Assembly: GCA_964016885.1 (NCBI GenBank)
Contig: OZ024740.1
Location: forward strand, 306,838,001 to 306,902,000
Origin: Eledone cirrhosa
Taxonomy: Eukaryota
DNA: 64,000 nt
Direction of reading: 5' to 3'
A program made the position numbers and the translations under genes. Of this stretch, positions 40,727-53,760 are shown one piece after another. Under the pieces are notes generated by a model that was not told the origin of the DNA, did no database searches, and saw nothing but the letters and a program-made list of their open reading frames with translations. Numbering within the stretch: the first letter of the stretch is position 1; each line of letters starts with the position of its first letter.

Positions 40727-42254
40727 GTAATAGTGATATAATGCAATTATGCACTTTAAATTCCCATTTAGCTAGTTTACTGAGTGCAATGGAATAAAAG
40801 AACAAGTGGAAATAATTATAGGAAGAATGCGGCCTTATTTATGTGTTTTGTTAGTAGAAACATCATTATCATTAATGTAACTCTTTGTTTTTGGTTTTTA
40901 ATCATTTAGAGTCTACATAGGCTTCTGCTTATTCATACAGTATTTTGGATAGTAGTATGAATTTTAGTCGTTCAAATCTAAAAGTTTGATCACATAAACT
41001 TAACCTAAAAAATAGTTTTTAAAATTTGACTTTTACATGAGTATATATATATATTGAATGTGTGTGAGAGAGGGGGTATCAATCTGAGCAAGTTTCTAAA
41101 CTGGAATAATAATGTAATCTTAGTTGATAGGGGGCATCAGAGACAGTGTTGTCTAAATATGTGATGCAGTTACATTTTCCTTTTCTTTTTCTTTTTTTTC
41201 TTTTAGCAGTTGAATGAGGTAGGGAAAATGAAATGGTACAAAGCAAAAGAGCAACAATTCACAATAAAAAGCAGAAAATATTAGAACTTCTTTGATTAAT
41301 AGAATAATCTGGAAAACATTTCAGGATGGATGATAATCACATTACCAGTGACAAGGCTAACCAACCAAATACATATATAAAAAGTTAGCATTGGTCACCA
41401 GAATTATCAGCCTAATGGGGAGGCCAAGTCCTAAAATACATAGCAATGATTAGGCAGAAAGTATCATCATTGTGCCATAAAACAAAATAATTTCTAAATT
41501 TTCAGTAACAAATTGTATATTTTCAGTGCTACAAGAGCTCTCTAAAAATACATTTATTGGTTCATTTTTCTATATATAGAAATATTTCAGGATTAAAATT
41601 AATTTTCATTAGCATTTTCCAAAGTAAATAGGTTGTTTTTATCCTTTATTAATTTTTTTGTGTCTTTTAATAAAAAACAAATTAACTTTATTTGTTCATA
41701 TTGTAAAGCAACTTTTTTAAATTGAAAATTTCTTAATGACAAAAGTAGGGGTGGGGGAGAAATGAAATATTAAGAAACAAATTTAAATATACCCAGTTTG
41801 CTTCTATTATTGTAAATAAAAGTGTGTATGTCTGTATATATGTGTGTGTGTATATATATGGATTAATATATATACATGTATTTATATGTATGTGTATGAT
41901 GTGTTGTGTGTGTGTGTCTATATATATATATATATAAACACACACACATATGAAAGAGAAAGTGTGTTAAGTAATTACATTGATCTATATAGAAATACAT
42001 TAACAAAACACACAGTCTCTTCATTTCTTGATATATTTTTCCAACCACAATCCAAAAGTTTGAAAACCAATACTTCTAGTGGTGAAGCACTTTGCTAAGT
42101 GCTTAAAAGGATTTACCTGCCCTTTCTCTACTATATAAAGCAAACAACAATTAAAGTGTCAATTTAACTAGATTCACCCTGCCAATTAGCTTTTGTTGTC
42201 AACACAAAAGTGTTATCAGTAATAAGGTTTGTATCATTAGCCCTGCATATATAC

Positions 42255-42255
<1 letters not shown>

Positions 42256-42344
<89 letters not shown>

Positions 42345-42380
42345 ATATATATATATATATATACATACACACACATATAT
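42256..42380. repeat. (GT)n/(AT)n microsatellite
   Basis: About 42 GT units followed by AT/AC units. Confidence 0.95.
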
Positions 42381-42906
42381 ATGGGGAAGGGGTAAAAGAA
42401 GTAAAGAAACAAGATCTGGATTGTGGTTGTTGACACATGACGAAGTCGAGAAAACTTGGTTCCCAGTTTTGCAAAATAAAAATAAAATGAAATTAAATAA
42501 TAATAATAATAATAATAACAAATGACTGTGAAAGGCTTGAAATCTAATGGGAGGGATGGGGGTAACAAACATTGTTGATTCGGTAAATGATAAGTTTCAG
42601 AAGTTTTGGAAATTAACAGGTTGAAATAGTACACAATGAGTTATCTTAATTTGAAAAATATTTCACTTTCTAATTAAACTGAATTTAATTTCCTCAAACA
42701 AGTTTTTTTTAACTCTTTTGATACCAAACTGTCTCTGATTTTATCAAACATGAACTGTTTATTTTAAAGTGTTTATAGTTATCTAAAACCCTTTTATCAT
42801 AATTTTATGTCAGAACCTTTCTGAAGTTATTTTTCAAAGACTTAATCATGAGAAAGTTGGTTATTTTACTAAATCCCTCAAAATTCTTTATTTATTTTCT
42901 TCAATG

Positions 42907-42939
<33 letters not shown>

Positions 42940-44494
42940 ATATAAATTTTTAAAATATCAATCTATATGAAAAATAAGAGAAGAATAATTTACATAAAAA
43001 ATATTTTATTAAAATAAATTATTAGGAATATAAAATATTAACAGTAATAATGAGTTATAAAGTAATAACTGAGATATAACAATAATGTTGATTTCTTTCA
43101 ACTAGGTGTAAGGTTAAGGGGAGGTTTTAGTCTGTAGGAGCCAAATTAAACATAGGCCAGATTTGAACCCAGAATATAAGGGATAAAACTAACCACTATA
43201 CAGCCTTTAGTTTGGTTTTCTATATAATGTTGAAGAATTTGAAAGTTAAAAATATTCTTGGAGTAACTAAGAACTTTTTTTAAATGGAAATTTAAAATAA
43301 ATCCTTTCTGTGATATAATAAAAAGACAGTCTGGTGTGAATAAGGAAAACTTAATAAACCCCCTTCCACAGTCATGAAGAGAAAGAAATTAAGAATGGTA
43401 ATAAGATTAAATAAAAAAAAAAAGAGCAGGAAAAAAAGTAACTCAGGAAAACAGAAAATCACATAGAGTAAGTATAAAACATAAGTTCACAGAGGTAGTT
43501 TTTAGAACAAGCAATCAATAAGTGTTTTGTGCTTTTGTTCATTTAATTTAGAATTCTCCCTGCCAATTAAATGGTAACTAGTTACAGTGCAGTGGTGTAC
43601 ACTGCACAGTTTACCACCACCAACATCTCCACTATAGGTTATTGTTACAGACACAATACTGTACATACCAAATGTTGCTTAAATAAATAGAATTACAGTA
43701 AGAAGAGAGTGTAGAAAGAAAAGAGTATAAGAGTAAGGAAGTGGAGGATAAAATGTTTTTTTTAAAATGAAAACAAGGAAAAAAAAGGGTAAGGGATTAA
43801 AAAAATAATAATAAGGGGAGGGAACCAATATGTTTGCAGACATTATCCCTGAACCTTTCTGCTTAAACTAAAAAGTCAAGCTATAATGACCAATTTCTGA
43901 GATCTGACCTAGTGAAAGATCTACTCAAAGATGGCGTCGATCACAGCTGTGCAGATTGCAGAGAAATAGTCAAAACAGTGAAAGAGAGAGATGTCGATAC
44001 ATGTGAAGAGTGAAGAAGGAAAGATCTCTTATATAGCAACTGGATTATATAATACAAAATGAATAATGACATTTTTCATAAAACCTTAGCCAAAATTTGT
44101 AATTAGTTATCAGCTTTTTTTTAATAAGCCAACATAGTCCCCCAACTTGCTTAACATGTTTTAGCAAAATTATGATGAAAAAATGTTTATGTATATGCAT
44201 GACTGATGTGCATGCACGGATATATGAACGTGTGTTTGTGTACATACAGACACATACACACACCCATAATATACATACATACACACACACACACACAAAC
44301 ATACACAAACTAATATGTTAGATTAAAAAATATATATATTTATAAACAAAAAAAAATCTAAAAAAAAAAAAATTATTTTCTTTCCATTTTTCTTATTCTG
44401 TTTCATCTAGAATAGACGAAAAATGTGTCGAGGTAGGATGTGCCAACATTATTGCAATAGCATGCATCAAAATAAAACTTAAGAGCTAGCCTTC

Positions 44495-47305
44495 CTACTT
44501 TAAATGTTCTGAAATATGCAAACTAAAGTATATCCTATCATGGCAGTCTTCATTACAGACTGGGCAAAGATAGGGCTTGTTCTCATCTTTAACATGCAGC
44601 TTTTGATGGATGCGATACATGGCATATTCCTTGAAGTAGCATTCACAATATTCACAAACAAACATACGTCCAGTTGTGAGCAGAGAAGAAACTGTTTCTC
44701 CATTAAATGAACTTCCTATTTTGTCAAATCTCACCGGTGATGTCCCATTTGACACGGTAACTGGACTGTAACGTAAGCTGCTCTCCTGTTTAATTAAACG
44801 GGATGTTGGCAAGTGAGCGCCATACATGTTGGCCTGGACGTTATCTTCAATTGTACGGCTGCACTCACACAAGTTAGTTTGAGCTTCGAAATCACGATAT
44901 TCAGCTTTAGGTTGAGAAACCATATAAGCAGAATGCTTGGTTGGCAGTAGTTCACTGTTGTTTATTTGCAGAAGTAATGGAGTGGACATTTTGCTTTCCA
45001 AATTGGAAGATATGCTTGTAGATGAAGAGGTATGCCGCTGCAGGTTCCAGGATGACCTTGGTGCTTCTGAGCTTTGATACTGCACATCGGGTTTATTTCG
45101 TATGCTGAGATTGAGGGCAGTAAGTGGAGGAGAGTTTGAGGAGTATGAGGTAATGGAAGAAGTGGGTTGGATGGCTGCTGAGGTAGCTAAAGGTGAATGG
45201 TATGTATGTTGAGTTGCTATGTGTTTGTAGTTTAGGTATATACTGCCATTGGCTATAGACTGAGGTATGGAGGATTCGGCTGAATGTGAATCATAGTTCT
45301 GACGATTCGGATCAGAACTATCTGGAATGACCCCGATTTGAGAAGCATAGTTTGTTTTATTAGTGTGTATTGATGAAGCAGCAGCAGCAGCCACCTTTTT
45401 GGCTAGATTACTGGCATTGAATGCTTGTGACTGTGATATTCCAGAGTTTGAAAACAGGTCCCATATTGATGTAGCCATGATGCCATGCTTTCGAGCATGC
45501 CTTCGAAGCGTAGACCCCCGAGTAAATTTTGCATCACAGACACAGCACTGATATGGTTTAATTCCAGCGTGAAGTTTCAGATGAGATTTCATGTTATTTT
45601 TATATCCAAATCTTTTCCCACAGATAGGACACTCAAATGGTTTTAAGCCAGCATGTACCTTTATATGGTATTTGAGCAAGTAAGGTCGTGTGAACTCTTT
45701 ACCACAATCATTACACTTCACCTTGGCCTTAGCATCATCTTCCTCTCGTGTATTTGGTGCCACAGTAGTCTTACCACTTTCATCTGGTAGTTTGTTGTTA
45801 GTTTGGCTAACAGATCCAGAGTCACTTGTTGGATCAGCCTCCTTTTTAGGTGACTCTGGATTATCCTGTTGTTCTGCAGCTTTAGGTGTTGTACTTGAAG
45901 AAAAGCTGGTTATGCCAGTTGCTGTAGGTTCCATTTGGGTGCTGTTGTTGTTATCTTTAGCAGCAAAAGCATCATAAGATTCATGTTTCTGAGTGTGAAA
46001 TTTGAGACTACTTAAAGAATCACACACCTTTCCACAATCAGCACAGATACAAGGACCCCGAGAATGCCGGCGCTGCTCATGCAGTTTCAGGCTATAGTTT
46101 CGAGTAAATGAGGACCCACATGCAATACACATAAATGGCTTTTCTCCAAGATGAGAACGCTCATGGCGAATTCTCATGGCTGATTTTGTAAATCGTTGAC
46201 CACAGAAGCGGCAAGTATATGGCCTAAATTTAGTATGTAATTGCTCGTGCATCTGAAGCTGTTTCTGGGTATCAAACAGCTTGCCACACAAGCCACATCG
46301 ATGTTTATTTATCATTTTAGATATTCTCCGTTCAATTCTAAAAGCTGATGAATGGGAAGCTCCCTGAGTTGACTGTTGTAAAGATGAAGATTTATGAGGA
46401 CGAGCTGACAAAGAGGCTGCACCACCTTGCAACATTTGGTCCAAATGTGTTGAAGAATGGTTTTCAAATATACTGGTTTCTGAACCATCAATTTTTGGGA
46501 CATCTGTCTCTGTTTTCTCAATTCTAATAGTTCTGAGAGAATCACTCTCCAAATTTGAATGTGATTCAACATTTCCTGCCTGATCATACCTAGGTGTAGA
46601 TGTCATGATAGGTTCACCATTAACATCTTTGTTACTGCTACTGGATTGGGACGGAAAGTTTACCAATGGCTTTGAAGATTCCTGTTTATTACTGTCAGAA
46701 TTTACATACAGATTATTGTCGGATGAAGATGTCCGCGATGTTGTTGATGTCCTACTAGCATACATATTAAGAAACTCGGAAGGTTCTTGTTTAACAAAGA
46801 CACTTTCCAAATTGGCTTGGTCAAATGACCTTCTTCGATTTGTGATTGGCTGTTTTGAAAGCTCATCTTCAACTCCAGCACGACAAGAATCAGAAGCAGG
46901 ACTAATTGAATTGGTAAGTGATGCTGGACTTTGTGATCCGATTGCAAAAAACTTGTGATCAGTTGAAGCAGTTGCTCCATTATCAACAGGCTGTTCATTC
47001 TGTTCCACTAAACTACCAGCAGCACGTAGAAGTGGACATCGCTTTTCATGATAGCGTCTCGTTGTTGACCTAGTGAAAGATTTTCCACAGTAACAGCATA
47101 CCCGTGATTTTCGGGGAAAACTCTTTCGTGAATAATTATAAACACTGCCACTATAGCCATAATCGGGCATAGCAACACCACTGATTCCATAAGGAAAGGA
47201 TTCACCACCATATGAGGCTCGCTTCTGGACGGTAGGACTACCATCTGAAATCATGGAGGTGTTCAGGAAACTTTCGTGAAAGGCACTAGAACCTGGTAAA
47301 TCCAT
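44495..47305 (-). CDS. Multi-zinc-finger transcription factor, 936 aa (1 C2HC + 4 + 3 C2H2 + C-terminal Ikaros/Hunchback-type pair)
   Basis: Uninterrupted ORF with canonical fingers and HLGEKPF/HAGLKPF/HAGIKPY linkers. An in-frame TAG 7 codons upstream of the ATG fixes the start. A splice acceptor (ttttttatttttcAG) just above 47364 implies a 5'UTR intron. Confidence 0.95.
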   Translation of the reverse strand: MDLPGSSAFHESFLNTSMISDGSPTVQKRASYGGESFPYGISGVAMPDYGYSGSVYNYSRKSFPRKSRVCCYCGKSFTRSTTRRYHEKRCPLLRAAGSLVEQNEQPVDNGATASTDHKFFAIGSQSPASLTNSISPASDSCRAGVEDELSKQPITNRRRSFDQANLESVFVKQEPSEFLNMYASRTSTTSRTSSSDNNLYVNSDSNKQESSKPLVNFPSQSSSSNKDVNGEPIMTSTPRYDQAGNVESHSNLESDSLRTIRIEKTETDVPKIDGSETSIFENHSSTHLDQMLQGGAASLSARPHKSSSLQQSTQGASHSSAFRIERRISKMINKHRCGLCGKLFDTQKQLQMHEQLHTKFRPYTCRFCGQRFTKSAMRIRHERSHLGEKPFMCIACGSSFTRNYSLKLHEQRRHSRGPCICADCGKVCDSLSSLKFHTQKHESYDAFAAKDNNNSTQMEPTATGITSFSSSTTPKAAEQQDNPESPKKEADPTSDSGSVSQTNNKLPDESGKTTVAPNTREEDDAKAKVKCNDCGKEFTRPYLLKYHIKVHAGLKPFECPICGKRFGYKNNMKSHLKLHAGIKPYQCCVCDAKFTRGSTLRRHARKHGIMATSIWDLFSNSGISQSQAFNASNLAKKVAAAAASSIHTNKTNYASQIGVIPDSSDPNRQNYDSHSAESSIPQSIANGSIYLNYKHIATQHTYHSPLATSAAIQPTSSITSYSSNSPPLTALNLSIRNKPDVQYQSSEAPRSSWNLQRHTSSSTSISSNLESKMSTPLLLQINNSELLPTKHSAYMVSQPKAEYRDFEAQTNLCECSRTIEDNVQANMYGAHLPTSRLIKQESSLRYSPVTVSNGTSPVRFDKIGSSFNGETVSSLLTTGRMFVCEYCECYFKEYAMYRIHQKLHVKDENKPYLCPVCNEDCHDRIYFSLHISEHLK

Positions 47306-47920
47306 TTCACAGGAGGATGACCCCTAGTCACAAGAACAATAATATCATAAGTAACCATTCAGTTCTGAAAAATAAAAAAGTAAACAATAAAAGAAAATTA
47401 CTTTCAACTTCAATGCATCATATAATTATAATTCTTTCATATATTTATAATCATCTGCAAACACATTAATGTCTTCATTTCAAAGTATAAACAAGAGGAT
47501 GGTGTAAATGTTTTAAATCCAATGTTTCTACTATGTGTGTAATTAGATTTAGATGATCTTTCACACATTTCTTTCTTCAGATATATATAAATTCAAATAT
47601 CTTCAAAGATAGTGATGATAGGGAGGGTGGGGTGCAGGATGACATTGTTTTTCTACAACTCAATGAACTGATAACGGACTTGTATCTTCTTTCATATGCT
47701 TGCCAAAAGACATTTGGCTTTTAATAATAGGAGAATCACCATATACACTTGCAACATTTGCAATTGTAACAAATGGTAGATATCTCATACATTTTTATAA
47801 CTACTTACTTATATCTAGAGTCTCTTCAAACATCAGACTTTATTGATCTTACTAACTGAATGTAACACTAAGCAAGCAACTATCACCACAAATTATTAAA
47901 CTTACCTAATAATAAACATA

Positions 47921-48150
47921 TCATCATCATCTTCATTTAACGTCCATTTTCCACGCTAGCATGGGTTAGACGGGAGTTGTCCCACTTGAGGCAAGATTGG
48001 TCAGGTGACCATGTCTCACTCATATGGCAGCCCTTCCTAACACCAACCACATTTACAGTGTGGAACTGGGAACTTTTTACTGTGTTACCTACACGGCCAC
48101 ATTACAGCGTGGGCTGTGTGTGTGTTTTTTTGTCGTGACAGCTACACGAT
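47921..48150 (-). mobile_element. Truncated copy of the 3'UTR and tail of the 19283-22400 LINE family
   Basis: Matches 19283-19530: catcatc..tttaacgtccat.ttccacgct.gcatgggtt...cccacttgaggcaagatt...cccttcctaacaccaaccac.tttacagtgtgga. Confidence 0.85.
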
Positions 48151-49296
48151 CTCAATTTCATTTTCTCGTGCTGTTGGTGGGAGTGGGAGGATAGGGTAGG
48201 GGTAGTGGATTGGGGATGTAAAAAGAAGCCCAGTCCTAGCAACCAGTATTTTTCAAAGCTACGCATTCCAATGAAATCTCTAAGTTCTGTTGGTAGCACC
48301 ATAGTTGTACAGAACAATAGCTTTAGTGCGATTGATTTCCAAAGAAATATCAGTGTGATAGTCACACCAACTTTGAACTGCATCAAATCCTATGTAACTA
48401 ACTTCCATTCCTTCTCTAATGATATAATACAACTCTAATAGCATATGATTATCAAATCATATCTATTCTTGTTTTATAACATCAGATATATTATCATATT
48501 GGAACTGGTTGTAGAGACCAAGACTGGCTGAAAGGACAAAGTATTGTACCACTTACTCATAGAATGTAATTTGTGACCAGAATCCTATCCAATTCATACA
48601 CAAAACTGTGACCAAGCATTGGCCTTTAAACTAAGCAGATACTTATTGATATTCATCACAAATGAACAATATTACAACTGCAATATTCAATTTTAGATCC
48701 AAGTAACTCCCTATTAATCTTTTTGATACCAACCAGCCTAAAGACGCCCATGGTTTTGTGATACAAAACTGCCACTTTAAAATGATCATGCTTATATTAA
48801 AATACCACAACACAATCTTATGTCAGTACAGCAACTTGATAATAAAAAAGTTGGTTATCTTATTAAATTCATTCAATTTTTAAAAATTATTTTAAATATT
48901 AATTGAAACAATAGCAATCTTTAGAAATATGGTAATAAAAATTAGAATAAGTCTTAATAGTATAACTAAGAGTTGGTGGTACTAGAAAGGAGGTACGCAA
49001 ATGTTATTTTACTTATAATTGGATCCTTGATCAATTCTTTACTAGTACGTTTTCTATTTGTAAAAAAAGAATGGATCACAGTTAAGTAACAGAGCCTTAA
49101 TATATTGCTAGTACTTGGCAGAAAGAATATTTGTTACACCTCACATATACACAAACTTTACTTGTATGAGTTCAACTATCTCTGACAATTCTAAAACAAA
49201 TCACAGATAATGGCAACAATGAAGCTAAGTTAGACACATATCTAAGGACGAATTACAATTTATCAATAAGAGTCAATCTTAATTGCTTGGGATTCC

Positions 49297-49505
49297 TTAC
49301 AACATTAAATTTAAACCAGTCATATCTGGCCAGAATTTTCTCACATCTTTCTGTTCAAACCAGCCCTAACTGGCCGCTCAGTGATGTTAAAGTATTGTTC
49401 TCAGAATAAATAATAGCCAAATCTCACCGATTCAATATTATGTGAGATAAAGCCTTTACTGCGAAAATACAATAGTAAATTTAGAGTAATGTAAATGCTA
49501 AAGAG
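49297..49505 (+). mobile_element. piggyBac-type MITE copy
   Basis: tttaaaccagtcatatctggcc...ttctgttcaaacc...agagtaatgtaaatgctaaagagTTAA; same family as 4373. Confidence 0.7.
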
Positions 49506-51927
49506 TTAATGTGAACTTAGTCCAGTTCATTAATTTGAAGTACTGTGTTCTATCAATGTCTAACTTTAGCGATTTCTTTTCTTAACACTTTCTATAATTG
49601 GATGATTTTAGAAAAACTAAACACTATGGGAGCAAAATGGAATCTGGAGTCAGTAAAGCAAAGAAAAAAAAAAAAAGGTTTGTAGTTAGCCTAGAACACA
49701 ATATAATGGATAAAGCATTGATGTTTGAACTCTTGATCATGTGAGTATTCAGTAGTCAAGAACCAGAAACCTCAGGAACTATTTAAATATAGTTAGTACT
49801 ACTGTATTCAATTTTTCTACTAATAGATGAGTAATTCAGTTCAATGTTCAAGCTTTCTACAAGAGATCAACTGCATTTCACTGAAAAGTGTTTTTAACAC
49901 CATGGCTTCACAGAGTACACAGTTTTAACATTTTCTTTTATTTGAGTGCATTACATTTTCATATTGTTTATACAAACAATTCTTGTAAGAAAATTCAGCA
50001 ACACATATTCCAATTATGTATTCTTCGAGTATGTGCACAGATTTACCATAAGCTGTCTACTACATAGAGAAAGCTATTTTATTTATTGATTGTACTAATA
50101 TTAACTGGAATCACAAAACAACTGATAAACAACTAGCTACTTGCTACAGGTTGATGAAGTCACAAGCTAAGAAGAATTAGGTAACCAGGTAGGAGCAGTG
50201 CATTTCCTGTGATTAGAAAACAACAAACCCATTGCACTTGCTGAATCTACAGCTCAAGCATTAGTTATCACTGATAACTAATTTCTTAATTAGCCAGTAT
50301 CTATTGAACCGAAAATGAAAGAGGGGGTCAAACAACTGATGATCCAAATCCAAGAAGTAGATGTCTTGATAATATAACCTAATTTGACAATATGCATTTG
50401 CTTTTTATAATCACCAAAGTTTTAGTTCACTGAAGACAACTACCCTTCTCTATCATTAACAGAATTCACCTGGTAATAGATAAATGAGTACGGAGTTTGA
50501 TAAACTATTTTTGGAGAAAAGGATCAGAAATTCTGGTTTCAATGCAGTTACTGTGGTGACAACTATTAATATGCCATCTTTATGTTAAATAGCTTCATTT
50601 AATTCTCATGTTAATTGACATATACTGAGATATGGCTTCAACTGATATTAACCTAGTTCACAATAACACCACAGGAATATCATAAACTTCTACATTAGAA
50701 ACTTAATTACCAATAAATTCTTAGATTTTTCTTCTAAAATTTAAATGTGAATAATAATTCAATAAATAAACTAAGTAAAATATTCCCCTCAAAAGTTAAA
50801 ATAGACATGACCACTCCTAGTTATAGTAACATCTGGGGCTATTTTACAATCCTGATTATCTACTGTATGCCATTATATAATTTCTAACAAAGGACACATT
50901 ACATCAGCTAGTATATATAGTCTTAGGGTTTACCTATTTTGGCATCTTTTGGATATTCTAACCATTGATCCTGTTTGTCTTACCAGTGAACTCCACTTGT
51001 GGCAAGTCAAATTAGCCTTTACCTGGTCACTCAACATATTGTCTTAAAAAGGGATGTCATATTAAAGATGGGATGGTCATGGTTGGAATGCTGGAACATC
51101 TGCATCACAATTACTAACAGTGAATTATTTTAACAAAAGTGGAACCACTTCATGCAAGTGTTGTTACTAATGCTAGTCTCTGCTTCGGTGCAATGCAATA
51201 CTTCATTATTTAATAGAATTACAAGAGGTTGAATCAGCTGCAGATTATTCTGAATGGTGCAGAGGATTGACAAAATATTCATGTTTCAAGCACACCAATG
51301 CTATATTTGGCTTTGGTAATCCTAGGCAATAATTTTAGTGAAATGTCCCATAATGTTATTGTTCAGTTAATCATAGATAATAAGTTTGCTTAAAATATTT
51401 ATTTATTATTAAAACAAAGCAACTAGAATTGTTTATTTTAATGGTTCTATGTTGGTTTTGATGATAAATATTCAATTGGTCATTTAACAGAACTTCTTCC
51501 TCATTGAATTAGGATGCAAGTGTCTGAGTATTTCACTCTTAACATAATTCTCAGGCAGAATCAGTATGACACTGTATGTATCTGAATATGGATAGACTTT
51601 TGAATAACAGATACAATCCATTTAATTATGAACTTCCACATAGTTTTTCAACCCAATTTTACTAACAAGGGTTGCACCAAGGCTGTGGTTAAAAGATGTC
51701 CCAAATGTCAGGTAGTGGGACTGAACTTGGGACCACATGATTGCTTAGTGAACTTTATAAACCCTTCAACCATGCTACCTAATATAAAGAAACAATACTC
51801 ATATCACTTCTTTGCTGTTTCAAACAATAATGAATTTCTTTTTGAGGTTTTCAAGATGAGAAGAATCACTGGAACACATAAATGAATTAATCTAAAACTC
51901 CTTGAAATTTATTTTTTTAACTCTCAT

Positions 51928-52225
51928 ACGTGGGTCAACCAAAAAGTTCATAGGCTGAACAAGATACTCTCATGGATTGTGACCAAATGAGATTTATTTT
52001 TCAACAGCGGTAGACATACTTCTTCCATCAGTATTGCAGTGCTTGGATCCCATTGGTGAAGAAGCCTTCTTCCTGTTGGTCAAAAAAGTCATCAACAGCA
52101 GATATGACATCATCATCACTGTGATACTGGTTCCCAGCCAAGTGATTTTTCATATTGTGGAACAGATGATAGTCAGATGGGGCCAAAACAGAATAGGGAG
52201 GGTGATCAACCAGTTCAAAGCCAGT
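51928..52225 (-). mobile_element. Mariner end fragment, same family as 24637, without the LINE insertion
   Basis: TIR aaaagttcataggctga. The sequence runs continuously across the point where 24822-25992 is inserted in the other copy. Confidence 0.8.
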
Positions 52226-53589
52226 TGGTTTTGCTTGTAAAATCTGTCCAGTAATTTTTTATTGGGACATTCTAACCACATACCCATAATATTGAAGCTG
52301 TGTGATCTCTCAATTTGGAGAAATAGCAGCTCTACCTAGATCGATTCCCTGAGCTATGCACTCTATCGAGTAACCATACTCAAAGACCCTTCGGACGAAC
52401 CCCATTTCAGCCGCTTGTATTTGGGATCATATTCTTTTGGTCATTATATAAGATTCATGACCATAGGTAAGGGTTTGGATAAGGATATAAGGTGAAAAAA
52501 AAAATAAGGGTGGGAGCAGTACAGTACACTGTAGTTAAGTGTGTGTGCGCGTATATATATATATATATAAAATCTTGTTCATTGAAACACTGTTACAATA
52601 AATGTAAAAACTTACATACTGAACACACGCGAAATACACACAAAAACCATGCTATCTAAACAATGTGTTGATTAGCTACCTTGGCTTATAGACAGGGTTT
52701 GGATTTTTGCACCATTTCTCAGATATAAAATAGGGGAGGTGTGGTCAACTTTTACACGAGTATATATGGTAAATCATATTTTCTATTGATCATATTATTT
52801 TCTATTTACTAAGAAGTCACAATAATACTTAGCTATTTATATTATTGTCACTAAAAACCACAAGTTACAGAACTCCATGTTCAGAAAATCGAGTGCATTT
52901 TCTCATTAAGATACTTCAGAATCTTTGCTTTAGTGTGTTGTGACCCTGCCAACTGTTACTTTGACCCTGAGCTCACAGTAGTTTTGTCCCCTCCCTATAC
53001 TTCGTGGCTATGTTGGCTTGATGTGTGTAAACCAGAAACTTTACATACAACATCAGGCTATCAAGCATCTTATCTTATATAAACTCTCCTCTAATACAGT
53101 ATGGCTTCTAGCTTTCACAAGCCTCTTTTAACTCCCCCCATCTTTCTTTTTTAGTTACTTCCATCCCCTTTTTATTGTTAATTCACAAACTATAACATAA
53201 CTGATAAAATGGATACACTCCCTTTCACCACAATTTTCCAATTAAATGGGAACAGATTGAATTATTTCCAAGTCAGGATAATTAAACTGTTTTGATGACA
53301 GAATGTTTACCAATTAGTAGATGGTCAAGGCTAAGCCTGCTATTGCTGAGTAGTAATTGTATTTAAGTGTAGATCCATAATATTGCTTTCATTTCATGCC
53401 ATAATCTTTAAACTTTATCCTCTAGATGAACCACTACAAACAGTTGTTTTCTGGTGTGCATTTTTAAAAATTCTAAACCAAGAATATGATTAGTTTATGT
53501 AAACTATGTATACTATCAAGGTTCCCCTGTTGTCCTCAGTTTAACTGTTATGACCAGGTCTTCACTAGTATTCTAATTCTATTATACTT

Positions 53590-53760
53590 CAGAGGAGACT
53601 TCTGGTGTTCTTGGTCCTAGGACCACCCCCCTACTCATCACCATCAGCATGGAATTGGCCACTCGCAGGTGTGAGCCTTGTGAGCTAGAATGGCTCTTCC
53701 AACGTGTCACCCTCATCATCCTCCAGGGAAGTGCCTTCTCTATTCTGTCTGCTGCGGACA
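53590..53760 (+). mobile_element. CRE-clade LINE 3' fragment
   Basis: Translates as ETSGVLGPRTTPLLITISMELATRRCEPCELEWLFQRVTLIILQGSAFSILS. This parallels the C-terminus at 22950-23080 (EPREVGWLLQQV). Confidence 0.65.

Noticed and set aside
44500-47244. Short ORFs overlapping the zinc-finger CDS on either strand
   Set aside because: These are shadow or antisense frames of a real CDS with no independent motifs.
44495-47305. Naming the gene hunchback or ikaros
   Set aside because: Only the C-terminal pair resembles those genes. The central finger number and sequence do not match from memory, so no symbol is assigned.
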